A DNA stretch of 64,000 nucleotides from an uncultured Alphaproteobacteria bacterium (GTDB taxonomy: Bacteria > Pseudomonadota > Alphaproteobacteria > RF32 > CAG-239): contig CALXUN010000007.1 in assembly GCA_944391705.1 (NCBI GenBank), positions 197 through 64,196 on the forward strand, written 5' to 3'. The notes beneath the pieces were generated by a model. The model saw only the letters and a list, made by a program, of their open reading frames with translations, made no database searches and was not told the DNA's origin. Made by a program: the position numbers and the translations under genes. This document shows, piece after piece, positions 39,101 through 47,519 of this stretch. Within the stretch, counting starts at the first letter, position 1. The number at the start of each line of letters is the position of its first letter.

Positions 39101-40359
39101 CAGTGAAAAATTTGATAAAAGAAATTATTGTTGCCGAAATTTTTGAAGATATTTGCCCGAACAATGTCTGTTATGAAGCTGACAGCGATTATTTTGTCGG
39201 TTTGTCGCCTAAACCGCGCGATTTTATGGCACCGAAGATAATTACGTCAACACCGACAGCCCCCTTGCGCGAAATTGTGCATTTTGACACGGTTGATTTT
39301 GAGAACGTTGTTAAATCAGATACCTGGATGACAACGAGGTATGATTTCTTAAACCAGGGGCAGAATATGCCGGCAATCTGGCAGCGGATTTTAGGCGGCA
39401 AAGGGTTTGTTGAACGCGATATAGACGTTGAGGAAATATTATCACATAATACGGCCATATTGGATGAAATTAAAAAGGGAAACTACCCCTGTACGACAGG
39501 AAAGTACGATATTCAGATCCGTAACGGTGGTTATTATGTAACAGACGCAGCCGGCAACATTAATAAGTTTTGCTCGGATGTGCAATCAATAAGTATAAGA
39601 AGAAATGAAACAATCGGAAATGTCGGCTATAATGCTTATATTCGTTTTACAAACGGCGACAGTGCAATCGGAAGCGTATCTCAGGTGCCGGATGAAATGA
39701 TAACAAGCGAACTGGCAACAATTCTAACTTATAACAACGGCATAACATTTAATGATTACATAAAACAGATTATGGAGTTTTATGAAAATATGGAAACGGC
39801 CGATGATTTTAGTGAGGAAGATCAGGAGCGGGAAAAAATTTATAAAAAAGAATTGTTTACCCGTAATCAGTTTGGCAACTTCCTTGATTTTGTTGAACAG
39901 GAAATGCTCTTCCAGGATAATCTGGACCAGCTGGAAGTCAAAGTTGACAGTAATCGTGAAAAAATTACGGAACAACTGGTGGATGTCGGTTATACGCCGG
40001 AAGAAGATTTTGACCTTTCAGATGATAAAACTTATAATGAAATCATGGAAACATTGGATTCAACAAAGAATACATATGTAAAAGAAGCGATTTCTCTCAT
40101 TCAGTCAATTCAAAAATCAAATGATGTTGTTGACGAAAAAATAACCAAAATAAATAATATTACCGGGGCTCTGCAAATGGACAGCGATGAGCTGGTACAA
40201 TTAAATGACAATATGTCGGATGACAGTGAGCTGTCGGAAGAAATTAAAAGCAAACAGACGGATAATGCCGCACGTGATGAATATGACGAAGAGGCGCAAA
40301 GCGTTTATGAGGATAATCTAAACAGTTTTGAAGAACCTTATTGTGCAAATTACGATTGA
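36154..40359 (+). CDS. Large (1401 aa) secreted acidic protein, T4SS-associated
   Basis: Signal peptide, helical/coiled-coil segments, paired Cys, S/T linker; GAGGAGG RBS. Confidence 0.6.
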   Translation: MKVIKLYKWAFIISLAVILRAGTTMAIGPFPPGPLSPTIDALTDAAETVEGASAQLLAAQDKLQQLQSEVLNQIKSYIENLGLNLKNTLFNKEKGEPNLASVRTIEECKIADITDEDSVAEAFHTLFLTYPADILAKYPENQRAVKLAYKEKAVEFGNDAMIEMYITVRDLEERMEALKTEYDELSKCYVQGESSNASSCAGASSSEEELGVWSNYYKLNVIYDSMLKITEELMALKAQYEVAQAVLGGIEPVEESEEENSGEESTGEDQVSHNDIFRYVHTDSKSFAQMFSAIQTSATKDTSIAAGASNTSSAAKTSSTSLTTGVSKALSVESTTETLGGMVLTNKNAVAEQPDPNQEIVQATSYNLSSPFAGTAEQFQSSMIANNAYQTVQKALKVHNLKQQLPEYRKVFVEYNKMKALHEKAIEQLAKSENCAVNYIGKYYTDPVNVWYGDGCKLSGQTIMCDSDKSLTSETLKNLLPGDTLCEDDKSKICSSYGINSYSSRGGFSGWLVSAYKAAKAEKTLDLNEEDFATSMTEEGVEADVSNLETLGDRYSTEAKEGTSDSSLLRPSDEPKTEAAIREQNLIAWQIGAEAAKEIGEDMASGSSEWGTLKAKYPLWNDDKLVYQQYLDEKYDNMRIYIKTMDLRPAIAELALAISDLLPGAGTIGNVSLSDVKNYNNSVLNALLPSLRNDKENSTVFADIEQTQEQIDDSMEELRKSFNTEMALLNNQKASLYENLDNANIELNDYKTAYNTAMQDKAAAEGNIEGQKVVIEISQARKAKSSDVMSNFESTAESSIGESDETITQKEQEAESILPQIEDKRDSVDSLRLNMESKEEEITRAKSSFAANASSMEAKGISTIKAALSDMENSAASSSLGNSSYLSGLLNTTSLNRGMLNSILSDIIGIADNGASNIRQQIIDRINTAADQIEKLQESRFDEGRYNDIVNIHRQMLDEIKNPDFDVTISGSFNLAAILTASAVKNLIKEIIVAEIFEDICPNNVCYEADSDYFVGLSPKPRDFMAPKIITSTPTAPLREIVHFDTVDFENVVKSDTWMTTRYDFLNQGQNMPAIWQRILGGKGFVERDIDVEEILSHNTAILDEIKKGNYPCTTGKYDIQIRNGGYYVTDAAGNINKFCSDVQSISIRRNETIGNVGYNAYIRFTNGDSAIGSVSQVPDEMITSELATILTYNNGITFNDYIKQIMEFYENMETADDFSEEDQEREKIYKKELFTRNQFGNFLDFVEQEMLFQDNLDQLEVKVDSNREKITEQLVDVGYTPEEDFDLSDDKTYNEIMETLDSTKNTYVKEAISLIQSIQKSNDVVDEKITKINNITGALQMDSDELVQLNDNMSDDSELSEEIKSKQTDNAARDEYDEEAQSVYEDNLNSFEEPYCANYD

Positions 40360-40370
40360 TGGAATAAAAA

Positions 40371-41129
40371 ATGATTAATCAACTGGGAAACGGCAATGAG
40401 ACTTTGGCAATTACAGATGCTAATGCACCTAAGCAACAATTTGAATATATAACTGACCAAAGTCCGGAATTAAAGGGAGCTAAGGAAAGTTATTATTGCT
40501 GGTTATCACGCTTGGTGATTTTATTTGCCATATTGTCTCTGGGCTTTTTTGCCAGCGCATCGTTAGTGTTGTTTCGTTTGGCACCGGAAGTAACGGTTGA
40601 GCCGTTTCTGATTATAAGACAGGACAGTTCTGATACCATGGTTCGTTATGAGCCGATTGCACCGGATATGGCCTCTTCTAAACAAATGATGGAAAATTTC
40701 ATCCGCCAGTATGTTATTTTACGTAATACGGTTTTAAATGACGAACGGGAGATGCAGACGCGCTGGTTTGGCGGCGGGATGGTTGCATATATGTCATCTT
40801 CACAGGTTTTTGCTGATTTTAACAAAGGGCGTCAACAAATATTAAACCAATTGCTCCGGGATAAGATTGTACGCGATGTGGAAATTATTTCAATTGGCAA
40901 AGTGGGCGGCGAGAAAAGCCCGGTATGGAAAGTTGATTTCCGGACTTATGACTTATCGCCGGAAGTTCGAAATGAAGCAAGCGGCAGTTTGGTATTGGTA
41001 ACAAAATACTGGACGGCATCTGTAACGGCATTTTTTGTTCCGGAGCGTTTGTTTATGTCGAAACGTTTAATGAATCCGCTGGGTTTTACGGTAACAAGAT
41101 ATTCACAGACAGAAGTTGAAATTCTTTAA
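40371..41129 (+). CDS. virB8: VirB8 family protein (copy 1)
   Basis: Single TM, VEPFLI, FIRQYVILR, MSS.QVF, NPLGFTVTRY. Confidence 0.85.
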   Translation: MINQLGNGNETLAITDANAPKQQFEYITDQSPELKGAKESYYCWLSRLVILFAILSLGFFASASLVLFRLAPEVTVEPFLIIRQDSSDTMVRYEPIAPDMASSKQMMENFIRQYVILRNTVLNDEREMQTRWFGGGMVAYMSSSQVFADFNKGRQQILNQLLRDKIVRDVEIISIGKVGGEKSPVWKVDFRTYDLSPEVRNEASGSLVLVTKYWTASVTAFFVPERLFMSKRLMNPLGFTVTRYSQTEVEIL

Positions 41130-41276
41130 TTTATATTAATCTTTTTTATGTATGATAAACTAAAACAGTCTTCTAACTTGTTGATAAGTTGGGGATGTAG
41201 AAGCTTCATGTTAGACTTTTAAAAAGAAAGAGTTTAATGTGAATATGTCTGGACATATATAAAAAGGAACATTGCA

Positions 41277-41465
41277 ATGTATAAAAAAGTTGTTTTACTG
41301 ATTGCCGTTTTGGTTTTGGCAGCATGCGGAATGTTTGGTACATATTATGAACCGGAACCTGTTGGTGTTGGTAAAGATGTCAATGAGTTGAAGCTTTCGC
41401 CATGCGCCTGTATTGAAATTGAGCTGCCCAAAACGCTTCCGGATTGGTTTGTAGCAACAATATAG
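41277..41465 (+). CDS. Small lipoprotein, VirB7-like
   Basis: 62 aa, lipobox LAAC, later SPCAC; between the virB8 copies and upstream of virB9. Confidence 0.6.
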   Translation: MYKKVVLLIAVLVLAACGMFGTYYEPEPVGVGKDVNELKLSPCACIEIELPKTLPDWFVATI

Positions 41466-41472
41466 GTGTAAC

Positions 41473-42222
41473 ATGGCAGATCGTTTAGGCATAAATAATA
41501 CAGAACAACGATTAATAGGTAACCGTGCCGGTATGCCGCGGCAGGTTGTGCGTAAACCTCAGCCTCGTAAGCGCCGTGATGAAGATGAAATAGTTGTCAA
41601 CGCCAGTGAGAAAAGGTATTTATGGACAGCAAGAGCTTTTGCAGTTGTTGTTGCAATCAGTTTATGCTGCAATCTGGTGTTGATTTTGGCAATTACCCAA
41701 CTGTTGCCGTTATATCGGATAGAACCGTTTCTTTTGACATTTGAAAATAAAGAAGAACAGGTCTATGATATTGTACCGCTTGCCAATATGGAAAATCAGA
41801 AAGCCATTACCGAGGTTTTCGTAAGAGAATATGTTCTGTTACGAAGCTCTTTTACCAATGATGTGCAGGAAATGGAATCCCGCTGGATGCCAGGCGGACC
41901 GCTGCAAGAGATGTCGTCATCTGCTGTTTATCAGGCTTTTATAGACCGGACGGCAACGCCTGCTTTGGATATTATCAGAACCAGAGGGCTTAACCGGATG
42001 GTTCGGATTATGACGGTTAACGAACTAAGCAGGGGGTTGTGGCAGGTAGAATATGAAACCAGGGACATGTATCCGGATTCGGCAGCGCCGGAAGTTAATT
42101 ATTGGACGGCTTCTTTAAGAGTTATGTATCGCAAAAAAATTGTTAAATATGGTGAACGTCTGAGTAATCCGGTCGGTTTTACCGTAACCAGATACTCACT
42201 TTCGCACAATGAAGCGGAATAA
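41473..42222 (+). CDS. virB8: VirB8 family protein (copy 2)
   Basis: TM, LLPL..IEPFLL, FVREYVLLR, MSSSAVY, NPVGFTVTRY. Confidence 0.85.
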   Translation: MADRLGINNTEQRLIGNRAGMPRQVVRKPQPRKRRDEDEIVVNASEKRYLWTARAFAVVVAISLCCNLVLILAITQLLPLYRIEPFLLTFENKEEQVYDIVPLANMENQKAITEVFVREYVLLRSSFTNDVQEMESRWMPGGPLQEMSSSAVYQAFIDRTATPALDIIRTRGLNRMVRIMTVNELSRGLWQVEYETRDMYPDSAAPEVNYWTASLRVMYRKKIVKYGERLSNPVGFTVTRYSLSHNEAE

Positions 42223-42247
42223 GTAAAATTTTAAGGTGTATTAAAAC

Positions 42248-43876
42248 ATGAAACGTTATCTGACAAAAATATTTTCTGTTTTGACTTTAGCAGCAGTCCC
42301 GTTTTCTGTTAACGGACAGGCAACAATAGACAGCTTGAATCAAAATGCAGACCAGAGCCAGGGTATGTATCAGCCTATGAATATGGGGTATACGGGCATC
42401 AGCTCATTGGGAATGATGCAAAGTGCGTGGTTGGATCCGTTGCAAAATTTGGGTGAAGGACAAAGTAAACCGGCATATTCAAGATATTATTGGACGCCGG
42501 ATTTGGTGCTGCCGATACGCTTGCGCGAGGGGATGATAACGTTGATTAATTTTCCGGAATGGGAATTGGTAGAAGACGTATATATCGGTGACAGTAAAAC
42601 TTTTGATGGACGGATTTCAGGGCCGAGTACTTTGCTTTTATATCCGAAGCAGGGTGCTATGGTTGGCGTTGATACCAATATCATTGTTTTTGGCCGTTCC
42701 GGGAACAAATATGTTTTTTACGCCCGTAGTGAAGGTGTAAATACGGAACGTCTGACGAACTCAATTATTGATATTGAAGTGGTTGATGCAGGAAAAAATG
42801 GTAGTACCGCCGGAAGTCTTGGCAGCAGTTCCGGCGGTGGACGTCTCAATGCCAGTGCTTATCGGGGTGGAAACGACAAGTCTGTTGATTCAACATTTAC
42901 CAAGAGATACCAAAAAGAAGACTGGATTAAAAGCATTCCGCTTGATCCCTCCCAGTTCCGTTTTGATATTGAAATTTATGTTCCCAATCCCGATGATGTG
43001 GTGATTGCACCGGAGCGGGTCTGGCGTGATGACATTTTTACCTATATTGATTTTGGCGAGAGAGCTTTAAATATGGTACAGCGCCCAATTGTAACCCTGA
43101 TTGTTGAAAGGGTCGAAACACCGGTTGGTTTCAGAACCAAAGGGCCGAACAATCGTTTGATAATTGTTGAAGGCGTCGGAGATATGGTTTTACGTAACGG
43201 TAAACGCATCGTATGTCTTAAGTTGCGCCGGGATGATGCAGAAGGTTTGGAAAATGTAAGCTATGCCGAAACCAATGATTGGGATGTACCGCCGGCAATG
43301 CCGGGCAACGCCAAAGCCTCTTCGTCAGAAGGTAATAATTCCGGCACCGGCATGCTGGGATATGGTTTTGGAAGCAATGACGGCAGCCGTCGTGCTTCCG
43401 GGGCTTATGGTGCAGATGGTGAGGTTGTTGGTGAAAAAAGCTTCAGGATTGGTCCGGATGGAGAACTGCTGATGCCGGAATATGCTGATGGTGCCAATGA
43501 CGGCGTAGATTATAGTAAAATGCACCGTCTTTCCCGTCAAAATAAGACGGCAGCTGAAAATGACGATGAGCTTTTCTCCAAATATCGTTACGGCAGCGGC
43601 TTTGAAGGAGAAGATGCCGCCAGTATTTCTGTAGAACTTGGAACAGATGCTGATGTCAACAATTTGGAAAATTTATGGAGCGAATTGTCGAAAAAATATT
43701 CCTCGGTTTTAGGCTCGTATCAGCCGTTTTATTCGGTTGATGCGCCGGCAGACGGACAGGGTAAAGAGCTGTTTCATTTAAGAATAGGCCCGGTTCAGTC
43801 AATTGATGCCGGAGACAGCATTTGCAGCCAACTTGGCCGTAACGGTGTCTTTTGCAGTGTCGTCAGAGTGCAGTAA
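42248..43876 (+). CDS. virB9: VirB9/TrbG family protein with C-terminal SPOR domain
   Basis: Signal peptide, IRLREGMITLINFP..E, DTNIIV, IAPERVWRDDIFTYIDF..P, LRNG..VC; C-terminal VELG...W..L...FHLRIGP.....ICSQL...GVFCSVV. Confidence 0.8.
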   Translation: MKRYLTKIFSVLTLAAVPFSVNGQATIDSLNQNADQSQGMYQPMNMGYTGISSLGMMQSAWLDPLQNLGEGQSKPAYSRYYWTPDLVLPIRLREGMITLINFPEWELVEDVYIGDSKTFDGRISGPSTLLLYPKQGAMVGVDTNIIVFGRSGNKYVFYARSEGVNTERLTNSIIDIEVVDAGKNGSTAGSLGSSSGGGRLNASAYRGGNDKSVDSTFTKRYQKEDWIKSIPLDPSQFRFDIEIYVPNPDDVVIAPERVWRDDIFTYIDFGERALNMVQRPIVTLIVERVETPVGFRTKGPNNRLIIVEGVGDMVLRNGKRIVCLKLRRDDAEGLENVSYAETNDWDVPPAMPGNAKASSSEGNNSGTGMLGYGFGSNDGSRRASGAYGADGEVVGEKSFRIGPDGELLMPEYADGANDGVDYSKMHRLSRQNKTAAENDDELFSKYRYGSGFEGEDAASISVELGTDADVNNLENLWSELSKKYSSVLGSYQPFYSVDAPADGQGKELFHLRIGPVQSIDAGDSICSQLGRNGVFCSVVRVQ

Positions 43877-43891
43877 GCAGGCAGGATAAGA

Positions 43892-46800
43892 ATGAGCAAA
43901 GAAGTACTGACACATTCGGAAAGGTATGTACGTAAAACCAATCGTATTATTTTAATCGTTGGCATAACCTCTTTTGTTGTGTTTTTGTTCGGACTTTTGC
44001 TCTTGTTTTCCAGCGGTACGCCGACAACCGAATACGAAGAACCTGTTTTCAATGAAGATGATGATGCGCTAAATTTAGGCAATAATGATAATCCGTTATT
44101 AAATAACATTGAATTTGAAGAGGTCGACGAAGGTGAACTGCCGATTACGACAACGCCGAACCCGGTTAATATGGGGCAGGTTGTCTTAGGTACGGAAGCA
44201 AAAAATGTATTAACCATCGGAACAAACGGAAAAACGGCAATCCGGATAGTTTCTGTCAAACTGGCAGAACCGCCGTTTGAAGGTTTTACGTTCAGCGACG
44301 GATGCACCAGCGCCGAATTAAGAGGCAATCAAACCTGTAATATTACCATGAACTGGGTACCGGTTTCTGCAGGTAATGTGCAAAATAACTTCATTGTTTC
44401 CTGGCATGAAACAAATGTCAGCGCGCAAAATGCCAAGGCTCAGAAAGTTCCGGTTGACGGCAAGGCAATCAGCAAAGAAGATTGTAATTTCTGTGCAACA
44501 GCACCTGGAGCAGACTTGGGCGAAGGAATGGTTATCCGGGATGAAAATGGCAATATTATCGGCTATATTACCCCGGACGGCCGGGCGGTTGATTTAAATG
44601 GCAATGAGTTAGGAATAATAAATTCTGATAATCAGGTTGTTGACAAAGACGGCAATGTTATTGGCCGGATATCTGCGGACAATACCAAAACCCGCGTAGC
44701 CTATGGCCCGAACGGTGAGATTATAGGTTATATTGACGAAGATGGTTATGTGCGTGACGAGAACGGCAACATTATCGGCCGTGTCAATGAAGACGGATTA
44801 ATTGTCGATGAAAATGGAAATATTATCGGTGTTGCCGGTAACAAAAAACTGATTTATGATGAAAACGGTAATGTTATTGGTTATGTAACGGCAGATGGAC
44901 AGGCTGTTGATTTTAACGGTAATCCCATCGGCCATTTAAATGCCGACGGCAGTGTTGTTGATCAAAACGGTCAAAAAATCGGCAAAGCCGTTGAAGCCGG
45001 TTTTGTATATGATGAAAATGGCAATATTATCGGCCGGGTTTTGGAAGACGGAACGGTTGTCGATATGGAGGGAAATGTTATTGGCCGAATGAACGAAAAC
45101 GGTGAAGTCGTTGATATGAACGGTAATGTTATCGGTTATGTCAGTCGTCCCGGACAAACAGCCATTGATGAAAACGGAAATCCTCTGGGTGTTGTCATGC
45201 CGGATAATTCCATTGTTGACGAAAACGGTAATGTTGTCGGGTATGTTGATGAAAATGGCGATGCATATAAATTAACGAATGAAAAAATCGGTAAAAGCGG
45301 AGCTTCAAGGCGTCTGTATTATGACGAAAACGGCAATCCGATAGGCTATATTGACGAAAACGGCAATATTATTGATTTTAACGGCAATAAAATCGGCCAG
45401 ATTTTAGAAGACGGAACGGTTTTGGATGCTAACGGCAATGTTATCGGCAGGATGCTGGAAGACGGAACAATTGTTGATGCTAACGGCAATGTCATCGGCA
45501 AAGCCAGCGAATATGTCAACTTGGCTCTTGATGAAAACGGTAATGTTATCGGCTACATCAACAGCAAGGGCGAAGTAATCGGCAAGAATGGCGAGATTAT
45601 AGGCTATGTCGATAAAGATGGCAACATTATCAGTAATCAGGCGGTTAAAATCGGGGCTGTCGTCCGGACGGAATTGATTCCGGTAACACCGGCCGGAACA
45701 ATCCTGGGAACAGTTTCTTCAACCGGAGAAATCGTTAATGAAAAAGGACAAAGCTTTGGCCGGATTTTGCCCAATACATTGGTGCGCGATGCCAATGGCT
45801 CGAAAATAGTCGCGCGGGGTTTGCCAGGAGGTATGATTGTCGGCTGGGGCTGCAGCAATGTCGGCCAGCTTAATCAGGACGGAACAATCACCAAAAACGG
45901 ACAGGAAATGCCTTATAGTATTTACCCGGATGGCGGCGTATATAACAGCAACGGTCAGTTTCTCGGCAATGTCGTGCCGACGGGAAGGGTATTTGACCGG
46001 CAGTGTAATTATCTTGGCACGGCCAACGAACAAGGTATTGTCCAAACGGATAACAAGCGTTATGTCGGCTGTGTAAATCCTGACGGAACCGTATTAAATG
46101 ACAACGGCGATATCATTGGCAAAATAGCTCAATATAAAACAGCGGTTAATGCCAAAGGCGAGGTCATTGGCCAGATGACACCGAATGGAACTGTCGTATC
46201 CGGAGCAATGTTACCTGTAGGCTGTGCCAATGAAGACGGCGAAGTGTTTGATGAAGACGGGGCATACAGAGGAAATCTGGTTGATAAATTTTATGCCTTT
46301 GATTTGAACGGAACATATTTAAATACCTTTCAAAATGATGGCTCTTTGAACTTAAAACAATATCCGGATGCCCGCTTGTTTTTACATAAATATATTGTTA
46401 ACGGCAATAACAAAATAATCGGAATGGCGTTTCCGGAAAGAAACGTTATTGTTAATTCAAACGGAGACATATTGGGGCGCTTGTTTGCTGATGGAAATGT
46501 ATATGATGGCAAAGGGGTTGTGGTCGATAAAATTTTTGGTGACGGGTTAAGTTTTTATGCCGGCACGGCCGGAAAGCTTCTTCCTTTGAGTGCTGTTGTC
46601 AATAATGCTGGTCAGAAAGCGGGATTTATTAATCCGGACGGCCGTGTATTAACCCGTTTTGGGGAATATCTCGGTCGGGCGGATGCGAAAGGCAGATGGT
46701 TGGATGCTAAAGGCATTTATGCCGGAGGTACCGTTATCCCTGGCGCGGCTATCGGTTATGACGGTTCATATCTCGGGTATGTTAAAGCAAACGGAGAGGT

Positions 46801-47518
46801 TGTTAATATGTCAGGAAAAACAACCGGATATGAAAACGGCAGCGGTTTGATTTTAGATGCAGAAGGAAAAGTATTGGGAGAAGTTGTTCCGATGACCCTT
46901 TTGGTAGATTTATTCGGAAATTATAGCGGCTACACCAATGAAATTGGAGATGTTGCAGATTTGACCGGAAAAGTGACGACGGCAATTTTACCCGGAGGTT
47001 CGACAGACAAAGGATTAAGCATCTTAAAACGAGGTATTGTCATAGATTTTGGCGGTAATATAATCGGGTCGGTTATGCCCGACGGGTCGGTTATAAACAC
47101 TAAAAATGTTGTTATCGGCAAAATTTATTCAGATGGCAAAGCTGTCAATACGGAAGGTCATTTAATTGGTGAAGTTGTTTTTGGGGATATCGTGATTAAT
47201 AATCAGGATCAGGTTGCGGGATATGTAAGTTTTGACGGAACGGTCAGAAACAGCGGCAATGTCGTTGTCGGAAAAGCTTTGTCAGGTGGCTTGGCAGTAG
47301 ATAATCAGAATAACATCTTCGGAACAATATATAAGATTGGAACAGGTGTTCTTTCGGATGACGGACGCTATCTCGGTCATTTAACAGCGAATGGAAAAGT
47401 GGCTGGAACAAGCGGTGAAGACATTGGATATTTAAAAAATAACGGTTCATTTGTAGATTTGGATAAAAAAGTTGCAGGCTATGCTTTGCAGGATGTTGCG
47501 CAAAATCGGAGGAACTAA
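43892..47518 (+). CDS. Inner-membrane-anchored protein: TM, Ig-like domain, ~990 aa of DxNGxxIG repeats
   Basis: TM at about aa 19-39, Cys-bridged beta domain (DGC..L...QTC.I...W.P), then dozens of vDENGNIIGyv..dG units to the C-terminus. Confidence 0.75.
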   Translation: MSKEVLTHSERYVRKTNRIILIVGITSFVVFLFGLLLLFSSGTPTTEYEEPVFNEDDDALNLGNNDNPLLNNIEFEEVDEGELPITTTPNPVNMGQVVLGTEAKNVLTIGTNGKTAIRIVSVKLAEPPFEGFTFSDGCTSAELRGNQTCNITMNWVPVSAGNVQNNFIVSWHETNVSAQNAKAQKVPVDGKAISKEDCNFCATAPGADLGEGMVIRDENGNIIGYITPDGRAVDLNGNELGIINSDNQVVDKDGNVIGRISADNTKTRVAYGPNGEIIGYIDEDGYVRDENGNIIGRVNEDGLIVDENGNIIGVAGNKKLIYDENGNVIGYVTADGQAVDFNGNPIGHLNADGSVVDQNGQKIGKAVEAGFVYDENGNIIGRVLEDGTVVDMEGNVIGRMNENGEVVDMNGNVIGYVSRPGQTAIDENGNPLGVVMPDNSIVDENGNVVGYVDENGDAYKLTNEKIGKSGASRRLYYDENGNPIGYIDENGNIIDFNGNKIGQILEDGTVLDANGNVIGRMLEDGTIVDANGNVIGKASEYVNLALDENGNVIGYINSKGEVIGKNGEIIGYVDKDGNIISNQAVKIGAVVRTELIPVTPAGTILGTVSSTGEIVNEKGQSFGRILPNTLVRDANGSKIVARGLPGGMIVGWGCSNVGQLNQDGTITKNGQEMPYSIYPDGGVYNSNGQFLGNVVPTGRVFDRQCNYLGTANEQGIVQTDNKRYVGCVNPDGTVLNDNGDIIGKIAQYKTAVNAKGEVIGQMTPNGTVVSGAMLPVGCANEDGEVFDEDGAYRGNLVDKFYAFDLNGTYLNTFQNDGSLNLKQYPDARLFLHKYIVNGNNKIIGMAFPERNVIVNSNGDILGRLFADGNVYDGKGVVVDKIFGDGLSFYAGTAGKLLPLSAVVNNAGQKAGFINPDGRVLTRFGEYLGRADAKGRWLDAKGIYAGGTVIPGAAIGYDGSYLGYVKANGEVVNMSGKTTGYENGSGLILDAEGKVLGEVVPMTLLVDLFGNYSGYTNEIGDVADLTGKVTTAILPGGSTDKGLSILKRGIVIDFGGNIIGSVMPDGSVINTKNVVIGKIYSDGKAVNTEGHLIGEVVFGDIVINNQDQVAGYVSFDGTVRNSGNVVVGKALSGGLAVDNQNNIFGTIYKIGTGVLSDDGRYLGHLTANGKVAGTSGEDIGYLKNNGSFVDLDKKVAGYALQDVAQNRRN
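44530..47490 (+). repeat. Intragenic ~17-aa (51-bp) degenerate repeat array
   Basis: e.g. LEDGTVLDANGNVIGRM/LEDGTIVDANGNVIGKA at 45404 and 45455; most regular at 44530-45630. Confidence 0.85.
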
Positions 47519-47519
47519 A

